This document shows positions 39,067-53,150 of a DNA stretch of 64,000 bases, one piece after another. A program made the translations under genes and the position numbers. The stretch comes from Basidiobolus meristosporus CBS 931.73. Its lineage: Eukaryota > Fungi > Basidiobolomycota. The stretch is from assembly GCA_002104905.1 (NCBI GenBank), contig MCFE01000245.1, forward strand, positions 51,345-115,344, given 5' to 3'. Each line of letters begins with the position of its first letter. The first letter of the stretch is position 1. The notes beneath the pieces are model-generated. The model did no database searches, was not told the DNA's origin, and worked only from the letters and a program-made list of their open reading frames with translations.

Positions 39067-40515
39067 GATGAGTAGATCAGAGAAACGACACGTAGAAAGG
39101 ACGCTCGGTGCCGCAGTTGAATTTTTGGCCCAGAAATACTAGCTTGAGGGTATTTAACTTGGGATGATTTCGTTTGAAGCGCGAAAATTGGAACTTCCTC
39201 GGGGAAAACAAAAGCGTGGGTTGGTTTGAGTACTTCTACCAGAGCTAGGTTGAGCGTGTAAAATGGATGAATCTTGTTAAAGGATCCAGCGTTGGACGGT
39301 TTCTCCATGTCGCTTTTCACATTTTGAAGATTTGATTGGCCAGAGCATTCAATCATCAGCTGATTGCCTCTACTTAAAACCGAGTGCTTGATTGGTAGAA
39401 CGATCTACTGTTGAATCTTGGAACATTAATTTTGATGGTACGCACACGTCCTGCCAATGCTCTGCTCATTCTTCGACCGTTACACATATTGGACGCAAAA
39501 GAACATGAGCAGAATAATCCACCAATCATTCCAGAACCCAGCTGTCTCACCGATGATTTGTCACAGACACAGCGTTGTTCCGGAACAAGGCACCGCGAAC
39601 GAAAGACAAAGCACCCCCTCTTAAAGGTTGTAATGTGAAAATCACACAAGATCCATTGCCCACAGTTACCGTTCGTATGATTTGGGTCGTAATGATAGGC
39701 TATTGGTACACGCTGAGATATCCGTGTTCACTAAACAGAGAATACATTGGCCAGTCAAGTCGCATAAAGCCACTGTTTTGATACGATATGAAACATGGCT
39801 TCCGTGTGTAATGATACGGCTTCCGGTGATTGGTGCGTGTGATTCATATTAATCAGTAATCATATTCCAATGGTTTTGTCAGAATGCAAGTGGTTTAGAT
39901 TAGGTGATTACCAAATTCTCTCAATACGCGGATAGGCAGATAGGTATATGTGATGAATGCTACTGACCACCTGCATGTAAAACAAAGGCGGATCTTCATC
40001 TTTAAAAATGCTCAGTATTACCTTATATACCTATTACCTTGATACGTTGTGATATGCATGCATATCCATTTGTGGAGCTCAATTGAATCGGTCTTGTTTC
40101 AAAATACCAGGTTGGCTGTTCTATATGTTTGGTAAAGTTGGCCGACAACCTGGCCTTATTCAAGTTCCACAAAATATGTTCCATCAATCAGGTATTCAGG
40201 TCCACACAAAAAGCTTCCCACATGAAGCACTCGTAATGCTGGAATGAGGTAGAATGACTATGTTCAGCTTCATGGGTACCTCCCTCTGCAAATATCATTC
40301 TACCTTATAATCAACACCTAACAACCCTTGCAAGCAAGGCCGAGTTGGCTAAAATATACACATCAACAGGTGGATACTCTATGTTGTAAGCTGGTTGCAC
40401 ATGCTGAATTGGTGGTGCAATGTATACTTATTTGTTTATGCGTAGGCTTACTATGAGCCACTAACCAGTATCAATCTTTATTAAGAACACCCATTAAACA
40501 TTTGATGAAGCATTG

Positions 40516-43500
40516 TTAAGATCTTTGATGTAAATTAACGACCATTTCACAAGCATTAGTCAATATCAATTGATCCAAGTGTCTCAAGTCTATGTATTCT
40601 ATTTCGTTCCATTCATCGCTTCTGGCTTTATCTCCGTTGAACATAGGTGTAAGGGTCTCAATTTCTTTTCTTGAAAGCTTGGCAATGTCGCCTTTCACCT
40701 CAGCTATGAGCCTCTTGTAGTATTCTGTTGAGGAGTTTAGTTCGATTCCTCGATAATCTAACCATCCATGGGTTGCGTCGAAATCTTTCCCAACACGTAG
40801 TCGCAGAAGTGTAAGATTATACATTGGGTGTGGATCGTCTACCACAGAAATCAATGAGCTTTAGTGTAAATCATATTTCATAAAGCTGCTAGTTACCTGA
40901 TGAGAGATACGCCGATTTTGTAAAGATTTCTATTGCCTCTTCCACCAGTCCCAGTGTGGATAGCATATATGCTTGATTGTTGTAGGTTTGCATCTAGAAA
41001 AAATCTCAGTACTGAAAAAGTGACCCAACTCCACTTGCTTCTTACCAGTAGGGATTTCCTGTAGTTGTCGTTAAATAATTGCTCCAAGTCCTCACGGTTT
41101 CTGTATTTACTCGGGTCCAAAGTGTCTGTACACGCATCTGATTCCAACTTGGCTCTCTTCATTGTGGGCTCTTCCACTGAAATAAAGCCAAACCACTGAT
41201 TAGCTACGCTTTTCACGAACATCGATCACTCGATAGACTACCGTTATCACTTTCTTGAGCACAGAGTTGTGAGATTTCATCAAGTATCTTCTGCACCACG
41301 AGATATATTTCTTTTGCCTTCTCTGCAGAATCGGCAGTTTGATCTTTGTACCATATCGCTTCAGCCAAATACATTTGAATTGGCACATCTAAAGGATCAA
41401 TATCCAATATTGACTGACACATATTGATGGCTTCGTCGAGCTTGGGCGGAGTAAGCATCAGCAAGGTGTATACATAGTCTCTAGTGACCTTGCGCATGAT
41501 TCCGTCTGCGCTGTATCGCATTGTGGGCCGTAATCCGTTAGTGGGGTTAATAAGGCTGGAGTATTCATCAGCAGCTTCGTTATGTTTTCTTTGCTCCGTG
41601 TAAATTGTTCCCAAGCGATATATAACGTTCGGTAGACTCATACTAGATTGTGAATTATTTCCATTGAAAAAGTGCTCGTCGTTATGGACCGGGTCACTTG
41701 TGAGCCTCTGTTGTGTGTCAACATGTAACTAAGAAGGATGCTAGACATGTGCTTAATGTGGTTGGTCTTTACCTCTATAAGGTGGGTGAGCATTTTTGTC
41801 TCTACTTGCAGTTTCCCTGTCCTTTCGTAAATCACACACAAATTCCATAGCGGGTGGTTGTTCCTTATATTCGATTCCAACGACGACTTGAAGTATCTAA
41901 CTGCCATATTCGGTTTTGACTGTTGCCAGAAATCCTTCAGTAGGCGTTCTAAAAAACCCAGAAAAAAGCACCCACCAAATGAACTGCGGAGCATCCGGCC
42001 ATATTAAACGCGTCACCCCTTAAGCTTTTTTCAGCTACAAAGCATTGCTTGAAGTACTCCAATGCCTCTGAATAGCATCGCTCATGGTACTTGATATAGC
42101 CTAGGCAAGTTGTAAGTGAAAATCGTCATACAAGAGATAAAAAAACTCCACCTATACCCAATAGATAGTAAGCTGGATAGAATTCGGCTCCAAGAAAACG
42201 GGTGCATTTTTCGACCAAGCTGTAATCGATTTTTTTCACTGGCGTTTGAGCATAGAGAGCAGCCAGCAGATACAGGGTAACGCCATACTCAACCTCAATA
42301 TCATCAGGTGGTAATAGCGAGTACGAGACCTTGACCATATTACCCTGATTCAAATTGGTGTGTGTTGTCTTGTCCATAATACTCCTCTCTAGGTGCATCT
42401 TGATTAACGAGAGCAATGATTCCACCGAATCCTCACAAGCCTCTCTGGACTGGGAAAGCTGATTGACTACTAGGAGCCACGCCAGCTTCACCAAGTAGTA
42501 TCTTATGAAGCGAAGGTTTTTGTTGATAATCGGCAATGTCGGCAGTTGTTCGAAATATATATTGTATATTTCCACCAGAGAAAGCTCGTCTGTACTTTTG
42601 ATAAACTTTTGCAACTGGTCCATGTGAGCGAGAGCATGAAGTCCAATTTTCAGCCACTTTTTCAATCTTCTTATGAATGTCACGGTTGGCTCAGACACAC
42701 ACACAACAGCGAGATTGTGCACAGTCCCCAAAAAATAGGCCAACGCTAACGGATCACCTTTCGAGGTGTGGTTTATTAACATTAATCAAGTATTCTACAG
42801 CAAAATATCAAGTCGCTAAAAGAATACTTGAATATTTCCCCCTGCGAGGGGGAAGTAAACAATACTTAAGCCAACCGTAATTGAATGCCTACCTCTCAAC
42901 TTGTGCAACAATTCCTCCAATACGCGTATATACGAAACTTTTGAAGCACTATTCTGGGAGTTCTCAAGGGCTTGTAAACAACAGAGGTGTATGTGTATGC
43001 AGCGTTAAAAATGATTGTATACCATGTAATCCAAGGTCTCTCTATTTACGTCTATAGCCAAAGTCTCTATATCTTTACATAATAATACTTCTTACGAGAT
43101 CAGTACCTATTGCGGTTCAAGCTACTTAACTTTTTTTACCTGCAGACCCGTCTGTACTCTCTATCGCTTGGGTAATTCTAAACGTCGCTGCATATATACA
43201 CTGGTTCAGCCAGGTCAAGTTTCGCTGGAGCTTTCTTCGCCAGCTTTTATCAATGGGTATAAATATGGTTGACACTTCCCCACGAAAGTCGAGATTTGCC
43301 ATCACCCGTTGATACCAAACAGGATCAACATCCTTCCTTAGGATTTCCTCATATAAAGGGTTGCAAGTAGATTCCGTAGGGTTAACTCTTAGCCTCCATA
43401 ATAACTGTGTGAGTAATGGCTCTAAGATTGTGAAAGAGCGTTCTTTGAATAGCTTATATATATATGAGCAAATACATGGGCTATAATCTTTGCATATGCT

Positions 43501-43554
43501 AGAGTCCGCTGTATGGGAAGACGGAATCCCACACCAAGAACAAGGTGTATTCAT
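40516..43554 (-). CDS. Uncharacterised TPR-repeat protein; multi-exon
   Basis: Long stop-free exons with GT-AG boundaries and TPR-like helices (YYLLGYIKYHERCYSEALEYFKQC, AVRYFKSSLE...LWNLCVIYERTG, IYRLGTIYTEQRKHNEAADEY). Cys-rich N-terminus. Confidence 0.65.
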
Positions 43555-43851
43555 CTCTAGTGCGTGAAGTATGCGATAGCATTTAGTTATATCATAGGTC
43601 GGGAATATAAGTCACTTTCATATGATCACTCACTAAAATGTTTGCAATTTACATAGTTTAATCAATATGGCTGGCCAATGAATTTCGAGATTCCGCAGTA
43701 GGAATTTAGGGACAACCAGCTGCGCATGATGAAACCACTAAGAATGGAGGGGCGATAAGAAATTTTTTGCTTGGGGCACGGAGGAATTTGAATATATTTT
43801 CAAAAATTGCTCGTTACTGGACTTCGAACTTTTGGTTGCGTATCACACAGT

Positions 43852-44903
43852 ATGGCTCAACAAGCTGCTAATTTTTTGAGAGGTAACGGTAAATCCATGT
43901 TCACCGGTGTCGGTGCCTTGGTTACTCTTGGTGCTCTCGGTTACGGTATCAATGCCTCCTTATTCAACGGTATGCACTTTTCGTAGTTAACCCGCTCAAC
44001 ACTGCCGAAAACTAACATATCTCTCAACAGTCGATGGTGGTCATAGAGCCGTTAAGTACTCCAGAATCTTTGGTGTTCAAAAGGAAATCTACCAAGAAGG
44101 TACCCATATTGTTATCCCTTGGCTCGAAACCCCCATCATTTATGATGTTCGTGCCAAGCCAAGAAACATTGCTTCCTTGACCGGGACCAAAGGTACATAA
44201 ATACTATCGGGATTTCATGTTATATCACACAAGCTTACCCTATTGTCCAGATCTTCAGATGGTAAACATCACCGTTCGTGTCCTCTCCAAGCCCAAGGCC
44301 GATGCTCTTGATACCATTTACAAGACTCTCGGTACCGATTATGACGAGCGTGTATTGCCCTCCATCGTGAACGAAGTTCTGAAGAGTGTTGTGGCTCAAT
44401 TCAATGCTTCCCAGCTTATCACCCAGCGTGAGAGAGTCAGCAGACTTGTCCGTGAGAATCTTCTACGCCGTGCCCTTCGTTTCAACTTGGTTCTCGATGA
44501 TGTTTCCATCACCCACGTTGCCTTCTCACCCGAGTTCTCTTCTGCCGTTGAAGCTAAGCAGATTGCTCAACAGGAGGCTCAAAGAGCATTCTTCATTGTT
44601 GAAAGTGCCAAGCAAGAGAAGCAATCAACCATCATTAAGGCAGAGGGTGAAGCCCGTTCCGCCGAACTTATTGGTGAAGCCATTCGCAACAAGCCAGGTT
44701 TCATTGCTTTGAGAAAGATTGAAGCCGCCCGTGAGATCGCTCACATCATTGCCAACTCCAACAACCGTGTGATGTTGGATGCTGATACACTCTTGCTCAA
44801 TGTCCAAACAAACATGTAAGTGAGCCTAGCGCCCATATTCCAATCGAACCTGTACTAATGGTTAACATCTAGCCCTGCTGCCACCACTGTTACTTCAGAG
44901 TAA
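43852..44903 (+). CDS. PHB2: Prohibitin 2; 4 exons
   Basis: [30 protein letters not shown]|[54 protein letters not shown]. Confidence 0.95.
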
Positions 44904-45237
44904 ATTGACACAACCGCATAACTTCATACGTCATATATCTTGTTAGATTAAACATCATGGTTTACATTGCACTTCACTTTACTCCTGTTCTACGATGCCA
45001 TATTCATGATATTGTAACATTGAGTTTCATCCAAAATACAAAGCCAAGCAAAATAAATTTAAATTGAAACCAAGCCATATCGCTACGAAATTTACTCAAC
45101 TAGAGGGAAAATAAGCCAACTCTAGAGCCAATTAGAATTGCATAGGAATCAATTATTTTCGGCAAATAATAAAAGATTTTCGGTAGGCGCTGGGGAAATC
45201 CTCCTCTTTCTATTTTCCCGTAGGGCTAGCAGTCAAT

Positions 45238-45920
45238 ATGGTTAGTATTAATTGGTTACTTCGTACATCAACTCGATGGATGGCAGATGCTAGTTAGTTC
45301 GATTCCCGCGCCCCCAGACAGACAGCATACATTTGCAAGCGATACTGAGCGCTCTCTATTGCTAGGGTATTGATCTCAAGAAACACCACGTAAAGAACGG
45401 CAACAGAACCGAACCCCGCAGTCAAGATGTCTATCTTAGATTGTTGGTGAAGTTGTACAGATTCCTCGCTCGCCGTACCGATGCCAGCTTCAACAAGGTT
45501 ATCCTCAAGCGTCTCTTCATGTCTCGCGTTAACAGACCCCCTCTTTCCATCTCCCGCTTGGCTCGCTATGCCAAGGGCAAGGAGAACAAGATCGCTGTCA
45601 TTGTTGGTACCGTCACCGATGATGAGCGTCTTTTGGAGGTTCCCAAGTTGAGCATTTGCGCTCTTCGCGTTACCAAGACTGCTCGTGCCAGAATCCTGAA
45701 GGCCGGCGGAGAAATCATCACCTTCGACCAATTGGCTCTCCGTGCCCCTACCGGTGCCAACACCCTTCTCTTGAGAGGCCCCAAGAACTCTCGCGAGGCC
45801 GTCAAGCACCGCGGTGCTGCTGGTGTGCCCAAGAGCCACGCCAAGCCATACGTTCGCTCCAAGGGTCGCAAGTTCGAACGTGCCAGAGGTCGTCGTGCCA
45901 GTCGTGGTTACAAGAACTAG
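45238..45920 (+). CDS. RPL18: 60S ribosomal protein eL18; ATG alone in exon 1
   Basis: ATG|GTTAGT intron 45241-45365, then GIDLKKHH...[12 protein letters not shown]...[19 protein letters not shown]. Confidence 0.96.
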
Positions 45921-46611
45921 ATATATTTTTTGTAAATTGTCGGGGAATAAACTGAACTGTTTAGTTACATCCGGTCGCATGATTTAGCCATCCACAACTA
46001 ATACCCTTGTTTCCCCCATATGACTTGTAAAAATAGGAGGGTACGTTATCTAAACATTCTAAACGAATCATCAGTTGTGTGCGTTGTTACTGCCCTTTGT
46101 GCTTGATCGATCTCCAGGCTGCCCATGCTTACCAAAAGCCACTCTTCATTCCAATATTTTTACGATTGAGGCATCGAAGCCAATCCCGTGTGCGGGTAGC
46201 ACGCTGCAATGAAACACCGAGCGTAACTTGCTTGCTAGGTACAGAAGCTTAATTAATAATTCAAACGATAAGTGTTGTGGTGGTAATGGTGGTAATGATG
46301 GTAATGGTGGCTATGGTAATATTAATAGTTATCTCTTGACCAACCTGATCCAATAAACCCTGGCTCTCCACCGGAAAAAATGAGCTGGGGAGCTCACCCA
46401 CAACTGCTCGAGGGTGTTATCAACATTGTTGTTGTCATGCTGGTTCCGGTTCTGACCACTCATGGTGAGAGGTCTCCTTACTGATCAGCAAGTTTCACCC
46501 AGACCGACTTAAAAATACGCCCCGAGAATCCAATGGGATTATGCTAATGCTGATCTAATTCAACGTTACCAGATATAAAGCCAAGCCAACCCCTCTTTCC
46601 GATGCACAACC

Positions 46612-47073
46612 ATGTTCTCTACATCACCGTCGCAATCCAACAAGGGCAACTCCAACGAAGGTAATGCCCCGAACAAGAGTGCCAAACCCAATAGAGGTCT
46701 TGTAGAGACAGTCACCGCCCCGCCGAACAAAAAGCGTCCGGTGGAGCAGGCGCCCACAGGCCTTCAAGAGGAGAGTCATGTGTCTGATCATGGCCACCAC
46801 GCTAACGCTCAGAGCAACCGCACATCTACCAAGCGCTTGCGCCACGATGCCAGCTTTTGCTTCGCTGAGAGTCGCCTGGATCATTGTTTATACGAAAAAG
46901 TGAATCCGCTTTCCATGAAACCATATCATCCAAGGCACACGACTGCCAACCTGGAGCGCGGTCTTGTTCTCACATTCTCGCTTGATCCTATTACCAGGGG
47001 ATGTAGCATTTTCACGCCCGGGAAGCGAGTCGGACAACACCGTCCATCCTTGATCCAACGTTTGAGGGGTTAG
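46612..47073 (+). CDS. Hypothetical 153-aa low-complexity protein
   Basis: ATG-initiated ORF with TATA-like ATATAAA about 35 nt upstream and two basic clusters (PNKKRP, STKRLR). No recognisable domain. Confidence 0.4.
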   Translation: MFSTSPSQSNKGNSNEGNAPNKSAKPNRGLVETVTAPPNKKRPVEQAPTGLQEESHVSDHGHHANAQSNRTSTKRLRHDASFCFAESRLDHCLYEKVNPLSMKPYHPRHTTANLERGLVLTFSLDPITRGCSIFTPGKRVGQHRPSLIQRLRG

Positions 47074-47096
47074 CTCAACCATCAAGGGTTGTGGTT

Positions 47097-47165
47097 TATA
47101 CGTACAAAGTCTAGATACTATACGCTACAAAGACTAGACACTATACGTACAAAGACTAGATATAC
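47097..47165. repeat. Minisatellite, 3 copies of a ~22-23 bp unit TATACG(C)TACAAAG(T/A)CTAGA(T/C)AC
   Basis: Direct reading, immediately after the 47073 stop. Confidence 0.85.
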
Positions 47166-47590
47166 TTGTAAACATGTAAATAGATGATTATTTCTTGTAA
47201 GTATCCCATCAAATAAATTTCATCGGGTTCGTACTGTAGCTTGGCTCAATGTCATCTGATTTCGTTGTCCTTGGTTGAGGAACTGAAGCATGGCGACCGG
47301 AAAATATTCTCTGACACACGTCTAGTGTTAGGTATGACGTAGGAGAGTTTGATATTAGCCCATCAATTAGGCTCCGGTTTGTTCTCGATGCGAACAATGA
47401 TTTGTGCCATGAATCGTCGTTATTGTTTGTTGCTCATAAATGGAGTATTTTGAGGATTTCACCAATGTGGGGGGGGGAATATATATATATTTATTGGTCT
47501 CTCTATGGGGAATACTAGGTGGAGATTGAATGATGCATGTGAATGCCAACATCGGAACCAAATGATCCAAGCATATTCACCATCAATTGA

Positions 47591-50500
47591 CTATTTCTTC
47601 TTGTTCTTCTTTGCTTTGGATTTGGCTGCTTCGATGTTGGCTGCGGATACTTTCACCTTGCCCAACATCTGAGAGATCATCTCCATTTCCGGAATGCTCT
47701 TGATGAGCTCCTTTTCACGAGGGGTGGTTTCGTTGGAGTGAAGGAAAAAGTTGATTGCAGCTTTGCAGGCTAGTAGGATCAACAATGGTTAGAAAGGTCG
47801 AATCAATCAGTCAAATCGGCAGTATACCTTTTCCTTTCTTCATGGATCCAGGAGTCAGCTTCACTCTGTACTTGTACTTCTGCAATGATGTGTAGGGTGC
47901 ACATACAGGAACGGCGAAGAGTAGAGTATCATCGGGGAAGGGGCTTCCCGTTAGAGTATCCAGAAGAGTTAGATTCTCCTAAATCAAAGCGAGTTGAGTG
48001 TTACAGCTGCACGACTGTACAAAAATCCCAATACTGACCGCGTCCTCGCCTTCAATCAAGGTAATATTCTCCTCCTTCAGAAGCTGTCTAATTTCCTCAG
48101 CTTCGTGGGTATTTGAGGGAATTTGCTGTAAAGGATTGCTCGTCAGTACATGGACACGAACAATGATCTATTAATCTAGTTACTGGAAGATCGATCAAAT
48201 TGTTATCCAAGCCCTCGGTAGCATCAGCTTCAATAGATGCTTCGGTGAGGTTCTTGGGATTTGTTTTGTTAGACGGCTTTTGTCCTTTAGGTTGGTTTTT
48301 CTTGGATTGGGTGGGAGCTTGTTCCTCACCCTTGGATTTGCCTTTCTTTTTGGAGGATTTGGCCGACTAGTTGAAATTCAATTAAATGATGATCATTGCC
48401 GTTAGTTTGGTTTTACATGAATGCTCACCCCAAGAAGGGCCATCTTAAGCTCTCTCTCCTCTTCGTCTTGATCGGCATATTTCTCTTTCATCTTCTTCAT
48501 TTTGCCTTTCTTACCCCGCGTGGTGGGTGGTGCAGGCTGCACTGGCTTCTGCTTTTCGGCTTTCTTCTGTGGAGCTTGCTCAACCTTGACGATCTCTTCC
48601 GCGGGCTCCGGAGTTGAAGAATCAGCCGATTGGGTTTGTTTCTTCTTTTTCAATTCCCTTCTCTCCTTGGCCGACAGATATTTTTTCTTTTCTCCGGCCT
48701 CTTTAGAATTCAAATTTCCTTCATCGGCTTTACTTTCCAAGGGCGCAAAATCCAAATCTTCGCCATGCTCGTCCAGATTATACTTATCAAACGACTCTAC
48801 CATTTCATCTACTGATGGGCTTGCTGGCTTAGAGACATCGGTAGTGATATTGCTCGATTCACCGTCAAGCGATGGTCCATCGCCCTTCGTGGGTGATACT
48901 AGCTCGTTCTCGCCTGTGCTATCATCTAAGCTTTGGGTGTTATCCTCAATTACATTATCGGAGGTGGCGGGACTCGGCTGGGCTTCCTCAGGACGAATGA
49001 TTTCAATTTTATCATCCATGTTTTCAAGGACAGGTCTGCTCAAATCCTTGAGCTCTTCTTGCTCTATTTTCCTCTCAATAATATGATTACCAACTGAGGA
49101 GTCATCCAAACGGAAGGCTATTCCAAAACCATAAACCAAATGGGATGGTGGCATGAAGTTCTTCTTTCCGCGAATCATGAAACTACCGGTGGTAAGATAC
49201 TCACCAGATGGTGCAGTCTTTGAAACTTGCTCATCATACACCCACCAAGCACTTGTCACAATCTTGGCATCCCACGCTTTACTTTGGCATACTGACATGA
49301 TTCCAGCTTGGAAGAGTGTGCTGGGTGGAATTGGATCCTCGGTGTTCTTATTCTTGACGATCACTGATGCAGCACCATGAAGATCCGCATGAACGTAGAT
49401 ATCGCCCTTCTTGAGATGACGTTTAACCAGCAATTCATTCTGTTGCATGTCTCGACCAGCAATAATCAGATAGCCTTCAGACGAGATAAACCATAGGAAC
49501 TTTTCAAACCAAAACGGTTTGCGCATCTTGTTGATGGTCGCGGTGATCTTGGTATCCTTCAGATCCTGGCGGATCTTTTGCTCGGCACTCTTCAAGGCTT
49601 TTTCGGAGGCTGCAAGCGTTTTTTCGTGCTTCGACGCAGAGTACTTCTTAACATCGTAGTATTTAGCGAGCATTGGCGAAGGCGGAAGAAAAAATGTCTA
49701 CATCAACATCCATTGGCTTGAAATCATCTGTTTCGTCGGATTCCTCATCAGAAGAATCAAAGAAGTCCTCGACTTCTTGAGGGTAGCTTAACGACAATGT
49801 GATCTGATTCTTCTCCAACTTCAGTTTGGCGATTTTAACAGCCACTGGGTTATTTCGCTTCTTCTCGAGCTCGACCAGATCATCTAGTTCTTTCCAATCC
49901 ATGCCGCTAGCCACATAGTTACGAATAACTAAAACGGCCTGGTCGACAAGCTCTAGATTTTCCTCGATCAATTGAGCTTTTTTAACGTTCAGCTCCTGCG
50001 CATCCTCAAGCCCCTTCGCTCTACTCAGTTGCTCGTTCTTGATGCTTTCCAATTTCTTTAAGGCTGCTTCTTCCTAAAATTAGGCACGTTTGGTTGATAA
50101 TACGGCCAAGCAGCAAACCAGCAACAATCTTACCTGTTGACGGGCCTTCAAGTCAATCTTCTGACTCTCTAAAGCAGAGAAAAACTCATCCACTGCTTTA
50201 TCAAATGAGGGGAATTCACGGTGCGAGGTTTTAGAGTGTTGTTCGAACAGGAACGGGTGGAATTCCTCATAGGTTTCAAGAGCAGGTTCGTCGTTGGTGC
50301 TCTGGTCAGGGAGGCGTGACCCGTTGGTATCATGCTTCTTTTGGATAATATATCCTTTCTGCTGTTCAGATCCACAGATCTCTACCATTCTATCGGCCTC
50401 ATAGAATGCCTGAAGCAAAGGATCGAAGCGCACTGGATCTGTTATTCGGTGATGGTATAAATAAACCACTAGACTTGGAATATATTTTGAAGAAACTAGC

Positions 50501-51513
50501 ACCCACCTTTACTCAATTCGGATATTCCCTTTGCATTAGGATCCATCTTGGCAAGTAGAATCGCATGCTCGGTCAAGGCAGGCCCATAATCTGCCAGGCG
50601 CACATTCAGTTTACAAATCTCCAAGAACGCGTATTAGAAAAGGCTTACCAAAGCTTGCATTAAGGAGTTTTTTTAGGGTGTCCTTGGGGCCAGCCTTATC
50701 TAAAGCTTCGGCCAATCTTTCATGTGACATGCGAGTAAACTCTCGCGCAACCGACTTTGTATCGTATATTTCGCCAACAACCATTCTCACATTTTCATTA
50801 GATTGTACAACACGAAGTAAGGTTAAGATCTTGTATGTATGGTCCGTCAGAATGATATTGCCCTAGCAAGATAATGCTCAAAATTTAGCTTCAATCAAAT
50901 ATCAAAAGAAAACTCAAAAGCTCCCTTACAGAAGCGTAGAATTCGGCAATAATATGGAAACCTCCGACCCCATCTTCATTAAAACTGGCAAATTCGAAAT
51001 CAATGATACGATCAACACCCAATTGACGAACATCGGTAAGCCTACGGGCCCGCAAATGCTTACGTAGCTACGGGCGGTAAGGAGAAAGGTTAAGATGTAA
51101 GAGCAAATAGAGCTTAAGTCAACTTCCAGCAGTACCTTCATGCAAAAGGTTGATGGTGCAGAGTACTTGTCACGAGCGAACTCCGTTGTATGAAGTCGGA
51201 TACCAGATTCAATCAACAAGTGTTCTTTGCGGTCGGGCTAAAATACGGGGACCGGTCAAAATCTAGGCTTTGCCGGTTTGTGCATTTCTTCCAGAAAATG
51301 AGGAGTGGGCTCACCTTTGAAAATTTGAAAAGGTATGTTTTCGAATTGACATCGTAACAATTTTGAAGTCGTAAACCAACGATTCTTTGAAGTTATGCGT
51401 CAGCATCGAAATTGTTGGGAGCACGCATTTGAGAATAGTCAAATGTCAACCGACCTTTGTTTCAAATCGGCTACGGTTGCGCGAATATCTAATGCTGAGA
51501 ATCTCTGCTTCAT
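47591..51513 (-). CDS. RQC2: Ribosome quality control subunit Rqc2/NEMF (NFACT family); multi-exon
   Basis: [80 protein letters not shown], and C-terminal [12 protein letters not shown]. Confidence 0.95.
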
Positions 51514-51920
51514 AGCTCTTAATTTAGGCACCTATCCAGTGGGTGTAAAGTGTATTTACTAATAAAAAATGAACTGGATGCTCCATGGAATATTAAAGGA
51601 ATATCATGATGTGGCTGCGGACCAACAGTTCATCGCCGTAGCCAAATAATCGCTGGCATTCCAATAAACAATTACCAGCGTTGAATAAATGGGCGTATAA
51701 TCATGAGGAAATATCCCACCATTTTGGAGTAACCATTAATAATCAACAGAATGTGCCAGTTTAAGAATTATTGGTAATCTATATGGCAGATATATCCGGT
51801 TCATCCAAAAAATTAATCATCGGAAATCCTGTCCTTTTTTGACCAGACCTTCTCCCTTTCACATATATATATCTTCTGGTCCGCCAGCAATAATACGTAT
51901 CCATTTGTTATTACTAGAAT

Positions 51921-52521
51921 ATGTCACGTCCATCGATTGTCGGCCCTGAAGTTCCCACTGAACCATTTCCTTTCGAGCTTCAAGGCGAAGTAATCCGAGG
52001 TTTTGGACGCGGTAGCAAGGAATTAGGCATTCCAACTGGTATGTTTATTGTCTACCTGAGAGGTATTATGCTTATCTTCGCTCACTGCTAACCCCACAAA
52101 CTTAAGCCAATCTTCCTGAAGATGCTGTTAACTCGATGTGCAGCGAACTCGAGACTGGTGTCTATTACGGCTGGGCTCAAGTAAATGATAAAGAGGTCCG
52201 TCCTATGGTGATGAGCCTTGGCTGGAATCCTTACTACAAAAATGAGAAACGCTCAGCGGTAAGTTCTTTGTCTCCACTTGGTGTACCTCGGGAACAAAAT
52301 ACTAAAGCGTTTCATAGGAAATTCATATCATTCATAAGTTCGAGTCGGACTTCTATGGTAGTGAGCTCAAGGTGGTCGTTGCTGGTTACATTCGCCCGGA
52401 ACGCGACTACGACTCCCTCGATGCTCTCGTGACTGATATTCACACTGATATCGAAGTTGCCAAGAACTCGCTCAATCGTCCTGGTTACCTGACACTCAAG
52501 CAGTTACCATTTTTTGCATAG
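51921..52521 (+). CDS. FMN1: Riboflavin kinase; 3 exons
   Basis: [13 protein letters not shown]|[39 protein letters not shown]. Confidence 0.95.
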
Positions 52522-52956
52522 TCATTGGATATAGTCTCACTGCATTGACATTGTATTGTCACCCGTTTATTCGTTCATTACATTTAATGATTTTTCTTTT
52601 CTGAAAATATGTGTTTACCTTCCGTTGTTCAAGAGTCTTATATAAATAGACTCTTTCTAGAGTACATTGCACATATTCCTCCATTTATTCTTTACTAGAA
52701 GCATCCTGAGTAGTATACTCAACTTTATGCCAATAATATGCTCTATACAGCTATGAATACCATATATGCTTAGTACCCTCAGCGCATGATTATTCCAAAA
52801 TTTTCTTTGGAAGGGTGATTGTCACAATTTAGAGAACATGAGTATTTTTATGAAATCCTGGCATGTTGCACTGATATAAAGGAGCTGTGCTTCACATGGA
52901 GCTATGTACAAATAAACAAGTTCTGGGAAGCTGTATGCAGAGTTTGAGGACTTTTG

Positions 52957-53150
52957 TGTTGTAAGAGTTTTGGAGATATTGGAAGTGATTGTGAGAGCAA
53001 GTAGACATGGTTTTCCACTTGGTGGTTCAATGAATGTAACGGTAGTATTTCTACATTTACACAGTCTTGGCAAAATAACATGTAGAGTATGCTTAGAAAG
53101 GTCCCAAGAGAATGTGTGCAAAGTTTGATGCTGTTTGGACAGCTTTAAGA
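52957..53150 (-). mobile_element. Diverged LTR fragment (U5 end) of the local copia family, inverted
   Basis: Begins TGTTGTAAGAG..GGAGATATTGGAAGTGATT, the reverse complement of the LTR end at 57372 and 62074, with many substitutions. Confidence 0.8.

Noticed and set aside
45294-45980. Long antisense and alternate-frame ORFs over RPL18 (228 aa), and similar ones over RPL22, AGX1, the PPR gene and RQC2
   Set aside because: Expected shadows of strongly codon-biased or low-complexity genes; no independent domain or start context.
46276-46322. (GGTAATGGT)n-like short tandem repeat
   Set aside because: Ordinary low-complexity slippage repeat with no associated feature.
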